Part shown: piece after piece, positions 46,701-56,979 of the stretch | Position numbering within the stretch: the stretch's first letter is position 1 | Layout: each line of letters opens with the position of its first letter | NCBI GenBank assembly: GCA_000708835.1 | Contig: DF237009.1 | Location: 193,407 to 257,406, forward strand | Length of the DNA: 64,000 nucleotides | DNA from: Klebsormidium nitens | Lineage: Eukaryota; Plantae; Klebsormidiophyceae | Reading direction: 5' to 3' | Position numbers and translations under genes: made by a program | Notes under the pieces: model-generated | Databases searched by the model: none | Seen by the model: the letters and a program-made list of their open reading frames with translations, nothing else | What the model was told of the DNA's origin: nothing

Positions 46701-47780
46701 GTGGCAAGCGACGTCAGGTCTGAGAATGTAGAAATCTTGGACGTGTGGTACTTGAGGGCCAAGCCCGCATGGTTTTCGGGCGCCACGCCGCAGCCATTGT
46801 CCGCGACTTCAATCAGCTCGGAGCCGTACTCTTTCAATCGGATGTCGATGTTTCGTGCTCCGGCGTCGAGGCTGCAACAGGGGACCAAAGCGCTATTACC
46901 AATGAAGCTGATACTGGGTTAAAGTTCGATGAAAAAACTCGATACCGTACTTTGTCAAGCGGATGTCGATGTTTCGCGCCCCAACATTGAGTCTGCAGAC
47001 GAGAGCCAAATGAGGTGATGGACGAAGTAGAGGCTGTGTTTGGATCCTGACAGAATCATGGCCTTTGCGGGGCGCTTGAACAACCAGTGACCGCAGTAAG
47101 CTATTCTCTCTGCAAATTTCCACCTTGGAGCCATGCTCGTGCAGGCAAACTGTAAACTTCACGACCTGGTGTCAGGGCTGCCCTGAGGAGAGGGACAGGG
47201 ATGTTAGCGGGAGGGATTTGCTTGATGAGGTATTAGCCAAAAGGCATTGCAATAATGCATTTGCTTCATCAATTGACATCAGAGAGCACAAAATCGATGA
47301 AACTCTATCCTCGAATCTCTGAGAGTGCTTTCCTTGTGGGGGGATGCACAACTGTGCAGCCGGCCATCAAGCAGGAGGATAAGAGTCCTCAAGAAACAGA
47401 AGGGCAGCTTACACTGTCTGTCTGTTGGGCATCATCCTCGCTCTATGTGGCAAAACCCAGACCCACAATTCAGCTATTGTCAGACTTTTTCAGTCATAAA
47501 TGACCAACATTTATGAGCTTCCAAGTAGCTCATAACAGCCACTCTCACCAAACATCTCTCTTTGAGAAGACCTCAACGATTGCAGTGATCCGGGACCTGC
47601 GCCGAAGAAGCTGTTGATGAAATCAAAAACAATAAAGCAGCAGCGTGCTTCTCACCTGTTTTCCACAAGCTCTTTGACGGCCGTGGCTAGGTCGAGCACC
47701 ACCTGCCCCGAACAGATTCGATGCACCGCTGCCTTGTCAATCGGCTTGATAGCACCACCCTGATGGCTGCCTCCTGCCAT
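37773..47780 (-). CDS. PMS2: DNA mismatch repair endonuclease PMS2 (plant PMS1), MutL family
   Basis: [130 protein letters not shown]. Start 47780, stop 37773; 1853-nt linker exon 43189-41337. Confidence 0.96.
39420..39480 (+). repeat. Simple degenerate (ACACCT/AACCTG) repeat in a PMS2 intron
   Basis: ctacacttacacctacacctacacttacacctaaacctgaacctgaaccta. Confidence 0.7.
41060..41215. repeat. G-rich dispersed repeat copy flanked by short inverted repeats
   Basis: gccgagataatagtaag ... cttactattatcttggc flank ctgggacgggtagagttag...gggtgcggagcgggtg, which matches the reverse complement of 19158-19232. Confidence 0.65.
44391..45830 (-). repeat. Arrays of degenerate exon-start and exon-end copies around PMS2 exon ~45175-44981
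   Basis: About 5-6 copies of the exon start ([16 protein letters not shown]) at 45258-45830; 4 copies of the exon end at 44391-44910, several with donor-like gtaagt. Confidence 0.8.
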
Positions 47781-49066
47781 GGACCTGACTTCTTTTTGAA
47801 GAATGACTACAATTCGCTACAAGTCTGCAGCATTGCAGCGACCTGGCCAACCTACTCAGCGACGTGCACTGCTTTGCCCCAACTCTCAAAATTCTTCCCT
47901 ACTCAAAACTCTAAAGGCTGATGTCTCACGCCAAACTACAATGAACTTTGCACTTTCCTCTACCCAAGGAGAGCTCTGCCCTTGCTTCCCCATTCAGACT
48001 TCAGTTCAGCCTTCAAGTTCCTCCATGGAATCAATGCAGGAAGAAATCAAAGTTGGCGCGCCATTTCTACTGACTGCGCGTTCAAGCGCGCGCTCATATA
48101 ACAGGCGGCCGCGTGAGTGGCCCGTAGCGCGCGGACGGAGGCTAAATGCGCCGCCGCGCCGCGCGGCACTGACTCGAATTTTGTCGCGGCCGGCCGGCCG
48201 CGTCCGTTGACCTCGAAGACGTTGCACTGGCAAAGTTCGAACGTCTTGCATGTCGAAAGTCTGCGGAGCGGTCTCCGCAGGTCTTCTCTTCCACGTGCGA
48301 GCCATGGCTGCTCTGCAAAGTCACCCTTGTCAAAATTTCAGACACCTCCCGCAAGATCGCCTCGTGCGCTTGTTGTGGCTGCCCTTTCGTCGCTCAGGAT
48401 TCTGGTCACAGGGAAGTGTGTGGTCCGCTTTCAACCACGACAGTCCAATGTAAGTATCTGCTCGTCAATCATCAAGTAATCTTACTTGCTGAGTGACGTT
48501 TTAGAGCCTTATCCGCTTCGTATTCTCTCTTCCGAAGAATATTCTCTGCCTTATTAGAGAGTTCTTCAATCATACTGGAGACCAAGCTGTGCTCATTTCA
48601 AGTTCCCTCGAGCTCAGAAGTCGGCTTTCGGTATCTTTCGGCAAGCAGAAGACCTTCCCTTCTGCAGGGACGCTGAGCAGGTCTCGAAGAAGACGGCCTG
48701 GCGAAGTGGCAACTGAAATGCACACTGGCTGCGCCAAGCTGCTCTCTTGTGCGTGCTGAGGCACTATGGCAGTGCAGCAAATCCGGGAGAAAGTCCTTCT
48801 AGAGCGGCTCTGCGGTGACGCTGGCTGAAGAAGCTTCGTTTTGGTAACTCTTGGAGAACAAGCTCCAAAAAGGTTCCGAGCGAAATTTGCAGAAAGCCTA
48901 TCAGATTCCTGTGTTGCTTAACAGGAAAAGACTTCTTTGTTCACAGCAGGACAGACCATTTTTGGAAGAAGGTGCTTGTGCTGGCAAGGTCTTGATTGAG
49001 GTTTGGGAAAGAACAAGTAAGGGGCCTGCAAGGCTCTACTCAAACAGTTGGGAGCTTCTTCCGTGC

Positions 49067-52000
49067 ATGGCTGATAGGACGTTTGTGTATGAAGCCACTC
49101 CAATAAAGAGACTCAATCTCGAAGAGCAAAGCCCCAGTGGGAAGCATGGAGCCGTACAAAGGCAAAGGTCGAGAAGCGAGGGAGACACCGAAGTCTTGGG
49201 GCCAAGGTTTGCTGCTAACCAAACGGTTAGGCTTCCGAGACCCTCCCTTGGGGAGCGCAGCGGAAGGAGGGAGCTTCCTGAGGTAACCCGTTTCCTAACC
49301 CGGTCCTGGGAGGCCATTCTGGAGTCTGACAGGGAGAACAAGGAGGGTTTGAAAAGGATCTCTGGGGTTGTTAAGCCACGAACTCTGAGGCGACGATCTC
49401 GAAGCTTGGGTGACGCAGATGGAGCCAGTCTTGCCAACAGATGGGGTTCGCTGCTTGGGGGGGCTCCCAGCAGTGCCAAGAGGACCCCCCGGGGAAGGTC
49501 TCTTAGCGAGGCAGACTCGCCTGTGCTGAAAAGGAACCAGACGTTTCCGTCGTTTTTTGGGCGGGGGGACGAGTCCAGTAGCAGGGGAAGGCGGCACTCG
49601 ACCGGGGAATGGAAACCGGGGTCGGAAGGGGAGGGTTTGGTTCAGGGGGGTGCGGATCTGGGAGGAAAACCAGGGAGTGCTCGGTTGACTTCTTTGAAGC
49701 TCGCGGCGTTTGATGACGTCCTTCCCCAAAGTGAGAGCAGTGAGGAGAATGAGCCCGGAAAGGCGCGGCGAGCCTTGGCAAAGGCTGGAGCCTACTTGAG
49801 TAAGTTGTGATGTTCTACTCTGCCATGAGCTACGTAACTTTCTTCCGAAAGAGTGTGTCTTTCTGGAGCTGCATCTCTGCAGCAACGTCGTCGTCGTCTC
49901 GTTCCTAGGACGATCAAGACAGACGCACTTCAATTCTTCGGAGTTCGGCGTGCTTCGAGAAAGCTTTCTTTGCCGTGCTGCTTCTGCATTTTAGAGCTTG
50001 CCTTTCTTAGATCAGTTCCGGAAGATTGGGACCAACTCTAGTTGGTGAAGCTCGTAGTCGTCCAACCAAATTTCCGCAAGGCGACGCGATATTGCTGCAC
50101 CCATTGCTTAGACGATTCGCTGTCTAGACGCGTTTCGTAAAGCTAGAAGCTGATTAGATGTTAACTCTCGGCTCCAGTTAAACACAAGGTGTCTTCGCCT
50201 CAAGATCTCAACCTGCATAATCACTTCGTTCGGTTGCCTTGGAATTTACCACTTATAACATAGGCTTCTGACAAAGGACTCTTATACATTGCCTGGCTCT
50301 TTTAGTCTCTGCAGATTGTCTAAGACGACCAAACGCTGCACACTTCGCCGTTTTCTGCTACCTCCTTGACACTAGTTTCTTTTCGCAGAGGACGCGGCTA
50401 CTGTGACGGTCTCCGCCGGTGTCTGGTCATGCGGCGACCAGTTGCTCCAGCACCTAGTGTTCCACGGAACCGGGCGCTCGGTCAGGCAGCAAATGCAGTT
50501 ACTAATGGCGGGAAAGGTTGGGGGAAGGGTTAGCGTCCAAACCCGGGTGCCCCTCGCGATCGGCCGGGACATGCTCGCCAACGCCTTCTCAATTGCCACG
50601 TAAGCAGTGGAAAGGCGACTCAGTAATTGCCTCTTTCAAATTTGTTTTTCTTTAATTGTCGTATTTTGTTTCCAGTTATTTTCTTTTCCTTCTGTCTTTT
50701 CGAGAAGGGGCATCGTGTCCTGCAAACAGGGGAGAAGGACGCGAGATCGTTTCGCGAGGAGAATGTGGTTGATGGGCGATGGAGTGTTGGCAAGTCCACT
50801 TGTGTCTGCCATTCCGCGGGTTGCGAAAACGAGAAGTGAAAGTTTCGCAGAAGGAAAGGTTGAAGTAGCCCTTTGACGTCGACCACCAGGCGACAGCAAA
50901 ACGCCTGGACAACTCACTTCTCAGGAGTTCTACACAATCAGCCGTAAGCAAAGAAAACCGCAGTACTTTCTGCTCGTGTACCATATCCATCCCCATCCGT
51001 TCTCGTGTTTTGTCAAACTGAATCTCAGACTAACGTTTGTTGATTTGTGCAGGTTCGACTTTCTGTCCTCGCGCGGTGCCCCCCAGATGGTGGCCAGCAC
51101 GGCGGGCACTTTCTCCGCGAGCGCAGTCACGGTCCCCGCCTGGCACCTCTCCTACCTCCTCCAGGTACGTACCGGGACGTTCGCAGGTTCGAAGTCCGCA
51201 AACATCTATTAGACGCGTATCTTTTGATACCGAAGGTACAAAAAAGCGGGATGAGGTGGGGGAATAAGAGGGCGATTGCGAATTTGGCATGCATGTTCAG
51301 TCCTGCGATAAGGGCAACTCTATCGAAGAGAGCGAAGCTGGGAAAGCGCATGACTCGTACGCGACTCTGCTTGAGCCGTTGCTCGGAACGTCAGTCGCTC
51401 GGAGTTGACGGATTCGAGCGTCAATCGATCCGTCTAGCTCGTGCCATTCCTGCGCATGAGCTTTCTTGATTGATAAGCTTGTCGATACGAATTGAAGAGG
51501 GATCATCCTACGGACCAGAACCAGACACCTTTCGCCTTTAGTTATTCCTCCCACGTAGTCCCTCACAGCTGTGGAATATTTTCGCTTGTCCGCCCGCTAA
51601 CCTTGTTCATCTTTCTGGACCAGAGCGGCTGTCCCGCTTGCCTCCCCACTAACTCTTTCTTAATCTGGTTATCTTGCAGACCGGCGCGGCTTCGACTCCG
51701 CGGCAGGCCTGGGACCTGTTCATCGAGTCACAGGGCATCGAGGGACTCTTCTCGGGCCTGGTTCCAACCGTCGTCAGAAGCATCCCGACGAGCTTCGTGA
51801 TGGTAGGTTTCATTCCAACGCTTCAGTGCAGAACTTTCGCCGTTGAAAACGATGCAAACTTTGTTTTCCCTGAGAATTGAGGGAATGGGTCGAAACATCT
51901 ACGCTACTTTTCAGCTTCTTGTGTACGCTCTGTCTCGAGGAAACAAAGGCTTTTACGTACCAGTCCGACGGTACGTAACGGTTCAGCACCTGGAGCATGT

Positions 52001-52715
52001 CACACGATCCGCGTTCATTCCGCTTATTACATGAATGTAGAGTTGATTTGGACCTTTTACGTCCCTATATGAGATCAATTAACGCAGTAACACAGTCGTT
52101 GGAACTGGTTTGCTCAGTTATGGCTCGACCTTTTTCTTTCAGAGCGGCACGCACGCTGCCCTCAAGCGGCTCCTCGCGAAAGCCAAGAAGAGCGACCAGA
52201 CGAACCTGCTCGACGTCTTCCTGCTCGGCGCCGCGGCCGGCTTCGCGTCCTCCGTGACGTCACTCTCGATCGACGCCGTCAGCAAGTCGGTGCCGACGCT
52301 CATCCTCAAGCGCGCGCCCGCGAGCGTGGTCGCGCTTGCGCTCGAGCGCGCGGCTCGCCACGTGGCGGCCCAAACCCTGTCCAAGGGGATTCTGGTGGGA
52401 ATCGGCACCACCGGGCTGTCGTACGTCGTGGATGACGTCACGGGGAAGCTGCTGCAGAAACTAGAGGAGCGGGTAGTCAGCCCGCCACGTGGGCGCATCT
52501 CCACCGACCTCAAGTCGTTGGCGGTACAGAGGGCGCTGGACCACTCTGCGGGCGCCACGTGGCAGCATCACGACGGCCAGGACGGTGGCCATGGCCACGC
52601 GGACGCACGAAGTCCGTTCCAGATGCCGGACGTTGACGTCATGGGCGGTCATCATATGCATAGGGACTTCGCGGAGGCCCATAGTTTGGCGAGGCCCATA
52701 GCCGTAGCGGCTTAA
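49067..52715 (+). CDS. Divergent mitochondrial-carrier (SLC25)-like protein with long basic/Ser-rich N-terminus and His-rich C-terminus
   Basis: Exons 49067-49800, 50389-50599, 51053-51164, 51680-51802, 52143-52715 in consistent phase. Carrier-like segments AGTFSASAVTVP..., QGIEGLFSGLVPTVVRSIP, FLLGAAAGFASSVT.SIDAV. The Px[DE]xx[KR] signatures are degenerate, so the family call is tentative while the gene itself is well supported. Confidence 0.62.
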
Positions 52716-53895
52716 AGGTCAAGTCCACGGAGCATGATGGCCGTGAAAGCTGGTCACTAGTCTAGAAGATTGTAAGAGAGTGGGGAAACGGTTCAAGTCG
52801 AGCGAAGTTGTAGGATATTTTCTCATCAAAGAGAGGAAAGCTGTAAGATTGTATTAGCACGGTGGTGCACCAGGATTGTCTAAGAAGCAACGGAACATTG
52901 AGGTTCGGTATATCAGAGTCGGTTATCGTTCCATTTCAGAAGAAGGATAAAGGAGAAAACCCCGCAACCGCATTGGTTGCATCAATTTTGGACTCGTAGT
53001 GCAACAACTTCGCTCAGGTTGAGAGAGAGATCATTAGGATTAAAGACTTGGAACGTCATAGCGAGGTCTTCAGAAGACCGCTTGCGGTGACATGCCATTG
53101 AGTTGGCTTTCTTCCTCGCGTCATATGTGTGGAATGTTTCCATTTCTGCACTGGCAGTACGCACAAATAGGCACATGACTGGTTTAGGGCCAAGCTTGGA
53201 AGCCTTCTGGCTTGCAAGCTATACGTGACTTCAAAGGAGTCCGATCAGCAGGGAGCCATCGACTTGCTGAGATCTTCACCTGCAAGTACCCTCTGTGCGT
53301 ACTTTTACTTACAAAACGGAGCCCAGAGTTGAGTGCTTACAATTTTCTCATATTGCAGGTCAAAGCCGTTCCCGTGCTACATCAAATGTTCGATTGCAGT
53401 CGGACAATTAATTTGTATCCGCGCACTTTCGTCAGCCTACATGCATGGGCTAGCCTTCAGGAAAGACGATTTCTTCTCGTCAGCGGGCCTCATCTTCTTG
53501 ACGTGCTTTGCCGTAAGCTTACTGGCCAAATCTGCAAGATCAGCCTAGCCTAGTTGGATCGATTGTCGAGGGGCCGCTCGATCCAATTGTCAGTCCGCTT
53601 CCGTCTTGGAAGATCTTTCGTAGCTTCGGATTACATGTTATTGTTGCTGCCTTAGCGGTGTCGTATTCTTCCTGAGCAAGAAGACTTTTGGAAACCTTTT
53701 TGCAACCTGCTGATGCTTCTCTTGACAAGCTACTGTTAGTCGTCTTGATAATGTGGAAACAATAGCATGTGTTGAGTTTCGCACGTACCATGCAGCCGCC
53801 GAATTCAGTTTCGCATCCGTTTTGATTGAACACCAATTGTAAGAAGCCCCAGGGCGCTCTTTACATCTTACATCTATCTCAGCCTTAGCAGTTGC

Positions 53896-54001
53896 TCGTA
53901 GCAACTATGGCGCACAGCACGCAAAGATGCAGGGAAGCTACAGGCGGTTCGTAGCAACTATGGCGCACAGCACGCAAAGATGCAGGGAAGCTACAGGCGG
54001 T
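53896..54001 (+). repeat. Exact 2 x 53-bp tandem duplication spanning the BTB start codon
   Basis: tcgtagcaactatggcgcacagcacgcaaagatgcagggaagctacaggcggt at 53896-53948 and 53949-54001. Confidence 0.95.
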
Positions 54002-55521
54002 AAGGCACCTCGAAAACAACTCGCAACCAAGGCGGCATACCGTCCAAAGTCTTCTCCGATGGAGCGCGACATTGCCAAGCTGTTCCTTCAGGAGCACCTG
54101 AACGACGTGGCCTTCATCGTGGGCCCGGAACGGTCGCGTCTTCCAGGCCACAAGGCAATCCTGGCCGCACGATGTCCCAAGTTTGAGGCTCTCTTCTCGG
54201 GAGGGTTTGGAGACTCCTCCGCAACAGAGGACGAGCTACCAGATGTGAATACCACCGCCTTCACCGCAATGCTGGATTACATCTACAGTGGCGATGTAAG
54301 CGGCTAAAGGATGGGGTTTAGAAATTAGCTTGACTGCCTTCTATCACTGATGGTCAGAACTTGTTGAAGATACTCAAATAGTAGCATTGCAAATACTGAG
54401 CAGCTGAGCTTGGTAGAAGCATGGGAGCTAGAATATTTCATTGGAGGTGAAAAATCAAGGTGCTGGTAACACTAGTACTCTTTTAAAAGACTCCTGAGAT
54501 CACAAGTAAGGTCTTTCTTAAATTTCTTGTGGTGCCAAATGACCCACTTTCTTCTCGCAATCTCTTCTTCTTATGACTCACAAACCCATCATAACGCATC
54601 AAACATACTAATTGTAGATTCAACGAACCGGGCCCCCTTAACTCGCCTCGGGACGTATGCCTTGTGCACTCTTACTTGTCGGCCGTCTCAGGTTGAATGG
54701 AGATAGATCGAACTGCCGGTCACACGTGGTCTTCGAGCTAAAGTGGAAAATGTGGTGGATGCAGATGAGCTGCTTCAATGAGCTTGCGCCGGACACGCTT
54801 GCGGCGACCTTCGCCCTGGCGGACGAGTACATTCTGCCGCTACTCAGAGTGGGCTGTAAATTCGCGTTCACAGAAAGGGTAAGGTTCCAGTGCAGTGACT
54901 TCACGAACCCTGCCCGATTTGCCTGGCCCCTCCACCCCGGTGTCTTCGAGATTCGTCGAAGCCAAATGGATACTCGACAATGGCCAGTTTCTACAAAGGT
55001 TTACTTTCTTGTCCAGCTGGGTCCTGCTGACAGCAACTCCACAGTTTTCTCTAGTAACCTAGCATTATATCCCAGCAACTCTATAGTTTTCTCTAGTAAC
55101 ACAGCAGTATATGCCAGCAACTCCACCGTTTTAAGCAACGCTATGCTTAACTTTTATTGGCGAGACTTCTTTGTCTGTCCTGATAACAGTTCAACCTGCA
55201 TCTTTGTAGTTTGCAGAAACCCGTACTAGAATTTTGCATCCTGAAATCTACCTAGGGGCTTAGGAGGAACCGTAGCTGAATGGGAGACCTATCACCGTGC
55301 TGCACAAAATGTCTATTCTAAACCCGCAGATGCAGCCTACGAATGCGTGCGAGACCCTTCCCATCGTGTCAGGGCGTCCCGAGTGCGCGGAGCTGGCGCA
55401 AATCTGCGAGCAGTACATTGCCGACTACTTTCACGACTTTTCAAAAGAGAGTCTGAAAGTGCTGACGGAGGATCTTGACCTTTTGTTAGCCGTCCTCAAG
55501 AACGGCATCGCTCCCAAGTAG
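53960..55521 (+). CDS. BTB/POZ(-BACK-like) protein with a histone H3 tail-like N-terminus
   Basis: Exons 53960-54295, 54765-54878, 55330-55521 (all phase 0). BTB motifs NDVAFIVG, GHKAILAARCPKFEALFSGGF, ELPDV...FTAMLDYIYSG, LADEYIL..L...C. N-terminal [15 protein letters not shown] is identical to H3 residues 11-25. Confidence 0.87.
55031..55135 (+). repeat. 42-bp minisatellite, about 2.5 units, in a BTB intron
   Basis: cagcaactccacagttttctctagtaacctagcattatatcc units start at 55031, 55073 and 55115. Confidence 0.85.
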
Positions 55522-56979
55522 ATGCGACTTCTCAAGTCTCCCTTCGGGTCAAGGAGCTCAGCCTTCAAAACGAACGATCCACCTGGAACAAGGACCTAGA
55601 TTTCTTGTGTTTCTCGTACGCGGGGTTTAGGATCAAAGTCATTGTGGCCAGCCCATGATTAACTCGATGTTTCACAATCATGGTTACGTCAGACTAATAA
55701 GGTTTTGTGACTTTGGTGCGATGTGAGGCAGCCATGTGACTAAGTTTGAATTGAAATAGTCGAGCTCGCATCCGACTGGACGGTTGACCATGAGGCGAGA
55801 TTCAATATAACGTCGCTCAGTGACATGTGTATGATGGTAGCCTGTCTCATCATGTCCGGACTCCGCCTGCATGGTCGCCGATTATATCAGTGGCAGTCGA
55901 ACAGCGTGAGCAGTCATTCTTGCACGTCGATTAGTATGATGTAAGAAAGCAGGCCGGCGAGCTACGTACACACGCCCCTTGAGAGGCGACGGCGATGAAT
56001 GGACAGCATTTTCTACTGCAATGAACACTCGAGCCCATGGCGGCCGCCTTATGCATGATTCAATGCAGGCTCGTTGCCAGAGATTCAAGAAAAATTTATA
56101 GTCGCGCTATGACATGTGCTTGGCGGCCCGCAATACTAGCTTTCATAAGAAGTTCATGCGGGCGGCCACTGAGCGACGTCGTCAGAATTGAGAGATTGAC
56201 CAGGATGCATGAGATTAATCTGCCAGGCTGGTGCAACCTGGCTCACGGGTACTTGATTCAGCGCGCCCCGAAACGCCACAGATGGAGTGCCTTCCATGCG
56301 CACGAGGAATTCAGCCGGTCAATGGATCCGTCTGCACGATTGTTTTGCCGCCCGCTCACTGAACACGTGCCAAGTACAAGCCGTCCAAGCTACTAGCATG
56401 CTGCTTGATATTTTCAAATTGAAGATAAGCTAACGCAACCGTCTGCTTGCGGATAAGACAATCTAGCTTGCTGCAACTTCTAAAGATTGACAGGCGCTTA
56501 GAACGCTGCAGAATTTAAGAATCTTCTTCGGAATTCAGTAAGTACGCACCTTTGACGCAGATTGTCTAATCCGCAAGTAGCAAGCGAGTCGGTGGAGCCT
56601 AGACACTAGCTGAAAGTTGTAAATATGAAAACCAAGAATCCAGATAGCTCAAACAAGCTACACTAGGCCCCATAAGATAACGGTGCTTGCTGTACGCGGA
56701 ACTTTGTTTAGCCTACAAGCTTCAGCTCTCACAGGGACGAATCACCCTGCCCATTGGTAATCCCGCGTGCATATCACCCCCATCTGCTCTAAAGTTACGA
56801 GTTCCGTCACAAGGCATGATGGGCTCGCTCCGTTCCGCTTCCAACTAGTACCAGCTTGCCCTGTCCACCTACTGCGGCGCATATACCTTCAAATCATCAT
56901 TCTACTCTCTCCCACAACAACCTGCCCTCTCGACTTCTCAACATAGCCGCTGAGCGTATTCACACCCTCGCTCCGCGCT

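Noticed and set aside
53212-53904. Short ORFs on both strands upstream of the BTB gene
   Set aside because: No recognisable domain; in particular no histone-fold remainder of an H3 gene was found nearby.
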